Below, one piece after another: positions 17,329-24,388 of a DNA stretch of 27,240 nt. This DNA is from a virus. Lineage: Duplodnaviria; Caudoviricetes. The stretch is from IMG/VR virus record IMGVR_UViG_3300030059_002959, positions 1-27,240 of that record. One strand, written 5' to 3'. The notes beneath the pieces are model-generated. The model saw only the letters and a list, made by a program, of their open reading frames with translations. It ran no database searches and was not told where the DNA came from. Made by a program: the position numbers and the translations under genes. Position 1 is the first letter of the stretch; each line of letters begins with the position of its first letter.

Positions 17329-17398
17329 CGTGGGATTATTGGTATGTAGATAAACGGAAATCTAAACTACTAACCTCATCCTTTCAGAGTTTAGGATA
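17299..17398 (-). ncRNA. Candidate 3'-UTR-derived sRNA with a UUCCGUUU loop
   Basis: Stem UAGAU/AUCUA closes an 8-nt loop complementary to the AAACGGAA leader motif; followed by the terminator. Confidence 0.4.
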
Positions 17399-18559
17399 TT
17401 ATGCTTGTCCCATTAAACGTGCAGATTCAGATTCAGACAATAACCCAGTTCCATTAGCAAACGGATCAAATTGGATTAAAGCTTCTGTATCAAAATTCTT
17501 TTTCATTAAAAGGTTTCCAGCTGATACCATTAGATTACCATTTGCATGATCATCTATATTGTATTTTTCATCATTGGATGCAAAGTTTGTTATACCATTA
17601 ACTACTTCCCAGATTGATAAACCTGATTTAGCATTTTGTAATTGCTTTGTAGTAAAGGTAGAAGGTTCAGCTCCAATATCAGAGTATGCTTTCATAACTC
17701 TATTAATTGGTAAGTACCTTTGCATATATTCAAAATCTATTTTTTTATCAGTAGATAACATAGCGGACATAGCGCGTTGTACTTCAGCAATACTTGCATC
17801 GGTATCGTTAGCAGATTTAATCTTATCAGCTAATCCTACAGGTTGAAATCCAGTAGAAGCCATTTGAATCATATGTTCATTAAATTCATTGATTGATTTA
17901 TCAGTTAGTTCATGTAAACCGTATGTTTCAGAGAATGATGTAGAAGACATACCGTTAGAACAAACCAATCGGTTTAAATAAGGCGATACTTCTAATCCTC
18001 TAGTTGGAGTATTTCTGAATGTTACACCAGTATTAAATACCTCATCCGACATTCCTGGAACCTTAAATACAGAATTAGGAGATACACAGTTAATAGTAGC
18101 CCCACCTGATGGATCCGATCCGAAGTCTTTTACTTCCAATCCATATTGATTGATATACCCTTCAGCAAATTCAACGAATGCTTCATTACTAATACTTGCA
18201 TATCCTGCAGGTAGTATATTAGTAACTTTCTTTTCTCTTGGATCAACTAACAGAGTTACTGTTTGATCGTTCTTAGATGATTTCATTGTTTTCATCATTT
18301 GAACTAGTTGTTGTAATCCATCAGAACCGAATCCTGTTTCGAACCTTTTAGCAAATGCTGTTGGTATTCTTAACCTACCTAATAACCTTTTAAAGGCAAA
18401 TGCGGTTAATTCTATTTTTACTCCGTCAACCTCGATATGAGTATTGTCGATTACATTGAACTCAGATAAACTGATTTCTTTTCTCATTACTTCGTTCCTA
18501 ATTGCTTCGTCCTTACGGATCTTGAATGCAGTTGGCGATAATGTAGTTAATTCTTTCAT
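17399..18559 (-). CDS. DUF932-like phage/plasmid protein
   Basis: RLVCSNGM signature, Y..ISN..F, C-terminal W.VVN.IT..A. Confidence 0.65.
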   Translation of the reverse strand: MKELTTLSPTAFKIRKDEAIRNEVMRKEISLSEFNVIDNTHIEVDGVKIELTAFAFKRLLGRLRIPTAFAKRFETGFGSDGLQQLVQMMKTMKSSKNDQTVTLLVDPREKKVTNILPAGYASISNEAFVEFAEGYINQYGLEVKDFGSDPSGGATINCVSPNSVFKVPGMSDEVFNTGVTFRNTPTRGLEVSPYLNRLVCSNGMSSTSFSETYGLHELTDKSINEFNEHMIQMASTGFQPVGLADKIKSANDTDASIAEVQRAMSAMLSTDKKIDFEYMQRYLPINRVMKAYSDIGAEPSTFTTKQLQNAKSGLSIWEVVNGITNFASNDEKYNIDDHANGNLMVSAGNLLMKKNFDTEALIQFDPFANGTGLLSESESARLMGQA

Positions 18560-18599
18560 AAATTTGACTGTTTTTGTTTTTTGTTTGTTATTGTTATTA

Positions 18600-18674
18600 T
18601 TAATATAAATATAATCAATTTCTACCTATTTAGAACTATATCTTCTTGTTTTGTTTCAAAAGTTATTAACAATT
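18600..18674 (-). promoter_or_regulatory. Early-promoter cassette, copy 4 (leader lacks AACGGAA)
   Basis: Both boxes present; leader ends AAAAACAGTCAAATTT-ATG. Confidence 0.75.
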
Positions 18675-18679
18675 GGATA

Positions 18680-19558
18680 TTATTTATCATCAGTAGCTTT
18701 TTCTGAATCTAATCCGAATAGCGCATCGAATTGTAATCCTGACTTTTTGATCTTTTCTTTTTCTTGTAGTTTTAATTTCTTTAAAGATTCAGATTTCTTG
18801 AACCTTTCAGTATCGTATGTTACATCTCCACTCGCAGCTAAATCAAAATACATTTGCTTTCCTACATGGCCTCTTCGGTTTTTACTGAAAGTAACATACC
18901 TTTCATCCTGCGTACGTTCATCCACGAATCGGATCTCCATCATACCTGTAGTCATATGCTTCAGTTTGTTGGATCCAACGAATGAACCACCTTTATTTAC
19001 TTGTTGGATATTTAGGAAGGATGTAAAACACTTAGCATGGTTCGCGCCAAGATTATGTTTATACATTAAATCCAATAAGTATTTTTCAGAACTATTTCTG
19101 GTCATTCTGCCCGATTCGCGGATTGTTTCTTGTAACTCGACGAATGAATCAATTAATACTATATCATATCCTTCTAATAGGATTTCTTCTAGTACTTGTT
19201 TTGGACATTCATTATCTTCTATTTCTTGTGGAAAGAATATATCTAATTCTCCAAACTTAGGATACCTTTTAACATATAAGTATAAATCTACCTGATTCAT
19301 CTCAGCTGATATAAACAGAACCTTAGATCCAGTCTTTTTAGCATTTGCTATAATATCTAGTGTTACTGTAGATTTACCAACACCAGGATCTCCAACGACC
19401 ATCCAATTGGTAGCCTTAGGAACTCCACCGTCCATACTAAATAAACCGTCTAATGGAGTATTTGTCTTATGAGCTTCGAATAATCCTTTTTCATACTTAA
19501 CATTGCTAATCTTAGTTAGCCTTGAGTTAATCTTTTGTACCTTGTTTGCTTTTTTCAT
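18680..19558 (-). CDS. RadA/Sms-like RecA-fold ATPase (no Zn finger, no Lon-like domain)
   Basis: Walker A GDPGVGKST, ISAE, Walker B VLIDS, GSNKLKHM, KNRRG (cf. RadA KNRFG). Confidence 0.85.
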   Translation of the reverse strand: MKKANKVQKINSRLTKISNVKYEKGLFEAHKTNTPLDGLFSMDGGVPKATNWMVVGDPGVGKSTVTLDIIANAKKTGSKVLFISAEMNQVDLYLYVKRYPKFGELDIFFPQEIEDNECPKQVLEEILLEGYDIVLIDSFVELQETIRESGRMTRNSSEKYLLDLMYKHNLGANHAKCFTSFLNIQQVNKGGSFVGSNKLKHMTTGMMEIRFVDERTQDERYVTFSKNRRGHVGKQMYFDLAASGDVTYDTERFKKSESLKKLKLQEKEKIKKSGLQFDALFGLDSEKATDDK

Positions 19559-19564
19559 TATGAT

Positions 19565-19654
19565 TTCCGTTTTTTAATTATATTATAAATATAATCAATT
19601 TTAATCAGTTTTGAACTATAAATCTTAGTTATTTCCAAAAAGTTATTAACAATT
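19565..19654 (-). promoter_or_regulatory. Early-promoter cassette, copy 5
   Basis: Full cassette; AAACGGAAATCATA-ATG. Confidence 0.75.
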
Positions 19655-19655
19655 C

Positions 19656-19859
19656 CTAAACTGATAAACCCTTTTCAATACGTTCCTTGATCTTAGCTTC
19701 TAGTTGTTCACATAACTCCTTGAACCTATCTTCTGATTCAAATGCCTTAACTGATTCTGCCTTTAATAAGTTATCTTCTAGATCTTTAATCATTATTACT
19801 TGATCTCCTAATTCTACTTTAAACTTACCGATTACTTTTACTGTTGAGCCTGTTGCCAT
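19656..19859 (-). CDS. Hypothetical early protein
   Basis: 67-aa ORF. Confidence 0.6.
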   Translation of the reverse strand: MATGSTVKVIGKFKVELGDQVIMIKDLEDNLLKAESVKAFESEDRFKELCEQLEAKIKERIEKGLSV

Positions 19860-19865
19860 AATTGT

Positions 19866-20048
19866 TTATTTTTGTTTATTTATTAGATTGTTTTTGAATT
19901 CTTTTATCACAACTACAGCTTCATGCTCTGTAATATCTAGTTTACTTGCCATCCACTCGCCAAATTCCATATTAAGATCCTTATGGTTGTTGAGGTACTG
20001 TTGATAGTATCGTTTAATAAGTGGCTTTTCTATTGTGGTGTTTTGCAT
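19866..20048 (-). CDS. Hypothetical early protein, likely near-leaderless mRNA
   Basis: 60 aa; TATATTTA box only 6 nt before the ATG. Confidence 0.6.
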   Translation of the reverse strand: MQNTTIEKPLIKRYYQQYLNNHKDLNMEFGEWMASKLDITEHEAVVVIKEFKNNLINKQK

Positions 20049-20051
20049 ATA

Positions 20052-20102
20052 ATATAAATATAAACTATTTTGTTGGGTTCTGAACTATAAATCTTAGTTA
20101 TT
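20052..20102 (-). promoter_or_regulatory. Early-promoter cassette, copy 6 (truncated: no TTGTTAATAAC box, no leader)
   Basis: TAACTAAGATTTATAGTTCAGAA...TATATTTATATTAT-ATG. Confidence 0.65.
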
Positions 20103-20452
20103 TAATAAAACAGAGATAATAAGTTTGCTGTATCAGCCTGAGTAGCAACTCGGAAGGTAGATTCATTCGGAACACAATTCTTAGATTTTTTATATTCCTT
20201 CTTAGCCAATCTAATTGATTCGTCCTTTGTCTTAGCAACATTAGAATTCCAACCTCCACCTTCAAAATTAAAGTTCCATGTTTTCTTCCCAGCTATATAA
20301 CTCAGCATATTTGATTTCTCTGCAATAATAGGTTTAATAATTGAACGTTGCGTCTTATCTAACTTAACCAAACTTTTCAGAGATTTAATCTGAGTTCTTA
20401 ATACTGTTACTGACTCCTTGTAGTTTGCTTTAGTTTCAAATGCTTTGTTCAT
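20102..20452 (-). CDS. Hypothetical basic early protein
   Basis: 116 aa; FNFEGGGWNS motif. Confidence 0.7.
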   Translation of the reverse strand: MNKAFETKANYKESVTVLRTQIKSLKSLVKLDKTQRSIIKPIIAEKSNMLSYIAGKKTWNFNFEGGGWNSNVAKTKDESIRLAKKEYKKSKNCVPNESTFRVATQADTANLLSLFY

Positions 20453-20457
20453 AATGT

Positions 20458-20555
20458 TTCCGTTTTAGTTATTGTTATTATTAATATAAATATAATCAAT
20501 TTTTAAGGAACCCGGCCATACTTCTCTAATTATTTTCCTAAAGTTATTAACAATT
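20458..20555 (-). promoter_or_regulatory. Early-promoter cassette, copy 7 (overlaps the 3' end of the upstream ORF)
   Basis: Near-identical to copy 2. Confidence 0.75.
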
Positions 20556-20811
20556 GTGGATGTACATCGATTAGTTGTTGACATACTTCATATTCCTCAC
20601 GATCTATAAATAACTGTAAGAAACATTCCACCGTTCCTAGGGGATTATCTTTGCTCTTTATTTGTGGAGGTACACTACCAGATAGCAGATTTACAATTGC
20701 CTCATCGCCTAAGATACTTTCAGTAGTTACGGCTCCCATCTTGTCTATAAATTCTATTACAGCATCCTCCTTAATATATTGTAGATTCATCATATTATTT
20801 AGAGTTTTCAT
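20530..20811 (-). CDS. Hypothetical early protein
   Basis: 93 aa; F.DREEYEVC UVR-like motif; start uncertain. Confidence 0.6.
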   Translation of the reverse strand: MKTLNNMMNLQYIKEDAVIEFIDKMGAVTTESILGDEAIVNLLSGSVPPQIKSKDNPLGTVECFLQLFIDREEYEVCQQLIDVHPQLLITLGK

Positions 20812-21193
20812 TTAGTAACATTCTTACTGAACATTTATAACCAGATCCTACAGAGTTCGTAAAATTAATCGGAGCCTTTCTTGCACGAGTATTAAATCCT
20901 GTTAGTATATAAGGAGAACCTTGTATATAGATAGTATCACCAACTGATAGATGATCCATGCCATGTAATCCTTTATAGCGATCGAAGTCTTTAGCTTCCT
21001 TAGTGATTACAGTACCATCAGTTCCTTTCGTATTCAGTTTAACTTTAAAGGTACATTCATTACCACTGAAACTTGCATTACCTGCCTTAATAGTAATACC
21101 GTACTTGTTGCTGATAGCTTGTAAGGCGCTGTCCATTTCTACTCTTAAGGTTTGTAGATTAGTTTTGTCGAATTGTTTAATTGCTTTTGCCAT
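20795..21193 (-). CDS. Hypothetical early protein
   Basis: 132 aa, first gene after cassette copy 8. Confidence 0.7.
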   Translation of the reverse strand: MAKAIKQFDKTNLQTLRVEMDSALQAISNKYGITIKAGNASFSGNECTFKVKLNTKGTDGTVITKEAKDFDRYKGLHGMDHLSVGDTIYIQGSPYILTGFNTRARKAPINFTNSVGSGYKCSVRMLLNENSK

Positions 21194-21195
21194 TG

Positions 21196-21299
21196 TTCCG
21201 TTTTTGTTTTAGTTATTGTTATTATTAATATAAATATAATCAATTTTTAAGGAAACCAGCCATAAACCACCATTTATTTTAGGAAAGTTATTAACAATT
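21196..21299 (-). promoter_or_regulatory. Early-promoter cassette, copy 8
   Basis: Full cassette; AAACGGAACA-ATG. Confidence 0.75.
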
Positions 21300-21716
21300 G
21301 CTTCGCTACTACAGGTCTTTTCGTCTTGGAGGTACTTAGAGGGGTATTCGGGCCGATTCTATGAGAGTACAGATATACTAATTGTCGAGGTACACAGATC
21401 TGGAGGCCTAGGTCAGGTGTTAGCGTGTGCCGAATGATTTGGTTATCCCAACTAGACATTGACCACTGAGCAGGCCGTTTATGGGTAGTAACAGTTAATG
21501 AGAGTACTTAGAGTTAGTATAAGGCTATCACAGGAATAGGGAAAAGGTACATTTGAGCTGGTATATATCACAGCCGTCTGGAACTAGAGATCATGTACCA
21601 GTTTACGCATAACAGACTTCCGGAACGGATTAACTGTTAGTACTTAAAGGAATATGAGTACAACGCGTATATAAGGATAGTTCTAGTATACGCGATTACT
21701 CAGAGGATAATGTAAA
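21300..21716. other. Non-coding island B: relatively GC-rich, nested inverted repeats, recurrent (A/G)GTAC words
   Basis: Helices 21489-21499/21629-21639, 21546-21552/21593-21599 and 21664-21671/21687-21694. Confidence 0.75.
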
Positions 21717-22598
21717 TTATTTTCTACCTGGACCTTTTCTTGATGAATTGGTAGTTGTTGGTGGAACACTTGATCTAATTGGTTTTGAGTTAGATCTATT
21801 AGAATTATAGCTTGGCTTACTATTATTTAAAATAGGGCGAGAGCTGGAATTAGAGTTCCATATCGGCTTGTTGTTATTTGTATTGTTGTACCAAGGTTTG
21901 TTTTTAATTGGCTTTATAACTACTACCGGTTTACTGTTGATCACTGGTTTATTACGAACTATACGTGGCTTGTTGTTATTACGGATAATTGTATTTTCTA
22001 TTAGTGACGCTGTATTTGAATTATATGTGCGACCTACAGATGTGCTGACCTTTGAGTCTAATAATAAACTAGATCTATTAGAACTATTTGATCTATTAAT
22101 ATAGGAATATAAGGCGGTGTTACTTCGACCTCTTAGACCTCTTCTACCGTACATATAAGGATATACTTGATGCCATCCATTATAACCATAACCTGCTAGA
22201 TATCCATTCCATCCAGTATTGTTACCAAATGGTGAACCCCAATTATTTCCGCCGAATGGTCTATTCCAATTTGGTCCCCACCAGCTATTTGAATTCATGC
22301 TCCAACTAGTCCACATTTGGTATCTGTTAGCATAGAAACTCCACTGACTATTAAAGCCGTTTTGCCACATAAAATTGTTTGAGTAATAATCACGATACCA
22401 ACTATACGGTTGATTCATTGCAAAGTTAATATAATCTTGCTGAAATCTCCAGTCGGTCTTCATCTTCCATCTTAATTGATTCATATTAGTTATCTCCTCC
22501 ACACCTTCATGTCCTACTGTGGATACTTGATATGTTGCGCAACTATTTAACGATAAAGTTAATACTATAATACAGAATAATTTAATTAAGTTTTTCAT
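21717..22598 (-). CDS. Lipoprotein with W/Y/G/N-rich and S/N/R/P-rich low-complexity regions
   Basis: MKNLIKLFCIIVLTLSLNS-C lipobox; disordered C-terminal half. Confidence 0.8.
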   Translation of the reverse strand: MKNLIKLFCIIVLTLSLNSCATYQVSTVGHEGVEEITNMNQLRWKMKTDWRFQQDYINFAMNQPYSWYRDYYSNNFMWQNGFNSQWSFYANRYQMWTSWSMNSNSWWGPNWNRPFGGNNWGSPFGNNTGWNGYLAGYGYNGWHQVYPYMYGRRGLRGRSNTALYSYINRSNSSNRSSLLLDSKVSTSVGRTYNSNTASLIENTIIRNNNKPRIVRNKPVINSKPVVVIKPIKNKPWYNNTNNNKPIWNSNSSSRPILNNSKPSYNSNRSNSKPIRSSVPPTTTNSSRKGPGRK

Positions 22599-22618
22599 AT
22601 TGTTTTTGGTTGATTTAG

Positions 22619-22810
22619 TTATTTATCGGATATCTTTTGAGCTGCTATGTATAATTGGTCTACAGCCTTTGATATATGATCTTTTATCCCTGTGTCTAGT
22701 TTAGCTACAGGATGTTGTTGTAAATGAGTATCAATAATATTTGTTATAACACTTAGCCTATCTAGCATTTCATGATAGTGATACTTCTCTAGTTTAATCT
22801 TTTTGCTCAT
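22619..22810 (-). CDS. Hypothetical protein
   Basis: 63 aa; HYHEMLDR motif. Confidence 0.65.
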   Translation of the reverse strand: MSKKIKLEKYHYHEMLDRLSVITNIIDTHLQQHPVAKLDTGIKDHISKAVDQLYIAAQKISDK

Positions 22811-23178
22811 TAATTTATAATTGTTATCATTTTTTGAAAATCTTTATATCTATTTCCATCATAGATGCGAACCCAAAAAGCATAAACACCATCTGATAGT
22901 TCAGTTGGTAAGTAATCATTCTGATAGTTATTCGATTTGTAAACTAAATTACCCCATCTTGAGTATACTTCCACTACAGCTTTATAGTTAGGTTGTAGTA
23001 TCAATTCAAATCTATCATTAATACCATCACCATTTGGTGTTATAACATTAGGTATGAATACAGAAATCTCAGGTTGTGGTAGTGTTGGAATTGGAGGTAA
23101 TGCAAATGAATCTATTGGTTCAACAGGCTGAGCTGATAGAGTTGTTCCTATTAGAATTGCTATTATTAGTTTTTTCAT
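22810..23178 (-). CDS. Secreted protein consisting almost only of a T9SS type-B C-terminal sorting domain (gliding-motility-associated CTD / CHU_C)
   Basis: Start revised to MKKLIIAILIGTTLSAQ (signal peptide); Pro-rich linker; IPNVITPNGDGINDRF...VYSRWGNLVY...YQND...LSDGVY. Confidence 0.85.
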   Translation of the reverse strand: MKKLIIAILIGTTLSAQPVEPIDSFALPPIPTLPQPEISVFIPNVITPNGDGINDRFELILQPNYKAVVEVYSRWGNLVYKSNNYQNDYLPTELSDGVYAFWVRIYDGNRYKDFQKMITIIN

Positions 23179-23195
23179 TGTTTTTTGTTTTTTAT

Positions 23196-23272
23196 AAAGG
23201 GGAGTGGTAGCGAAACCTTTCTCCCCTTTTCCGTAACTAAACGGTCCTAAAGAGTGGTCGTTAAACCACACT
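23196..23272 (-). promoter_or_regulatory. Three tandem hairpins upstream of the CTD gene (structured leader or terminator)
   Basis: Minus strand GTGGT/ACCAC, CCGT/ACGG and AAAGGGGAG/CTCCCCTTT stems. Confidence 0.55.
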
Positions 23273-23282
23273 ATATTAAAGA

Positions 23283-23510
23283 TTATTTAATTGGAACTAT
23301 TCCAAACGCTTCTTCTACGGATGCAAAATAAAGAGCAGGTTTTTCTGCTGCAAATTCATTCTTAGGTTTACTCTTAATCTTTGGTTTACTAGGTGCACGC
23401 TCTTTTAACATCTCTGGTCTATTTTCACGTACCCATTGTATATACCAAGGAGCTATCTTTCTAACATGTTCTAATGTCATTCCTGCGTATTTACCAGTCC
23501 TAAATCTCAT
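23283..23510 (-). CDS. Hypothetical protein with DUF3820/ExoX-C-like motif
   Basis: F.TGKYAG.TL..V....PWYIQW. Confidence 0.6.
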   Translation of the reverse strand: MRFRTGKYAGMTLEHVRKIAPWYIQWVRENRPEMLKERAPSKPKIKSKPKNEFAAEKPALYFASVEEAFGIVPIK

Positions 23511-23761
23511 GATGTTGATAAGCTATTAATAAAATGAACTGTCCATGCAACTAATCCGTTTAATTGTAGAACAACTAGGTTCCATTGCTTTCTAACGGAA
23601 ACTTGTATAGTAACACAAGTAAATCCAATTACAAATAACCCAGGCTCCAATGTCCATTGCCCTGCTATTAATAATCCTGCTCCTAAATAACCAATCCTAG
23701 TAGCTAAACGCTCCCATGTGGTTAATTGCCTATCTCTTTCTATAATCTTAATTTTTTTCAT
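23507..23761 (-). CDS. Small 3-TM membrane protein (start probably MKKIKII)
   Basis: Hydrophobic helices; KQWNLV.L. Confidence 0.6.
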   Translation of the reverse strand: MKKIKIIERDRQLTTWERLATRIGYLGAGLLIAGQWTLEPGLFVIGFTCVTIQVSVRKQWNLVVLQLNGLVAWTVHFINSLSTS

Positions 23762-23766
23762 ATTAA

Positions 23767-24384
23767 TTACTGAACGTATTCTAGCCAAGTTGTTAAAATA
23801 TATTTGTCATCTGATTCTGGTGTATATCCTTTATGAACATACGGCCAACTACATGGATGAATAATTAATTTACCTGCTTTAGGTTTTACTTTGTAAAAAT
23901 CGTCTTCACCTTCTTCTTTAAATAAAAATCCAGTTTCACCACCTTCTTCAACATCATTTAAGTATAATATTAAAACAAACATTCTTTGGGCAGATTTTAG
24001 ATGTTCCTTTTCAACATGCCAAGTATTATAATGTCCTTCATTTTTATCATACTTTTGCATTTGAAGTAATGGATAGTCTGTTATACCATTTACAATCCTA
24101 TTATGATAAAAGGTATCAGCATAAGGTGCATTAGTTAAATATTCACCAATGTATTGATTAAATTTAATTAATACCATTTCCGATAACTTATCATCCATAT
24201 CATTATTTTGATGTAAGATGTTATAATCAGTTGATTTTTTGTTTACCGTTTCGCCTCCATCTCCAGACTTACCACCATAAGCTATGCCTGTTTTAATAGC
24301 AACCTCGTGTCTGTTGATTAAAGCCTCGCATTCATCTTTACTAAATGCATTTTCAAATACTCCAATTGTATCTTTTAGTTTCAT
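23767..24384 (-). CDS. 2OG-Fe(II) oxygenase, prolyl-4-hydroxylase-like
   Basis: FENAFSKDEC, QKY, WHVE (HxE), LYLNDVEEGGET, distal H, KYILTTW. Confidence 0.88.
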   Translation of the reverse strand: MKLKDTIGVFENAFSKDECEALINRHEVAIKTGIAYGGKSGDGGETVNKKSTDYNILHQNNDMDDKLSEMVLIKFNQYIGEYLTNAPYADTFYHNRIVNGITDYPLLQMQKYDKNEGHYNTWHVEKEHLKSAQRMFVLILYLNDVEEGGETGFLFKEEGEDDFYKVKPKAGKLIIHPCSWPYVHKGYTPESDDKYILTTWLEYVQ

Positions 24385-24388
24385 AATT

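Noticed and set aside
5468-21299. Repeated cassettes as CRISPR repeats, attC sites or IS ends
   Set aside because: They are dispersed, always directly upstream of a start codon, lack terminal inverted repeats, and no cas, integrase or transposase gene is in the window.
21274-21459. 61-aa minus-strand ORF in island B
   Set aside because: Atypical codon usage, no A-rich leader, and it ends inside promoter cassette 8; probably spurious.
3524-22104. Other plus-strand ORFs overlapping minus-strand genes (3524, 4805, 7469, 8064, 10050, 10954, 14052, 14985, 16042, 17559, 18651, 21003, 21868)
   Set aside because: They lie opposite better-supported genes and show no motifs.
23180-23225. preQ1-I riboswitch look-alike (AAAGG-loop-CCUUU-AUAAAAAAC on the minus strand)
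   Set aside because: The tail cannot form the P2 pseudoknot with the loop, a longer 9-bp stem competes, and the downstream gene is unrelated to queuosine. An Infernal search would settle it.
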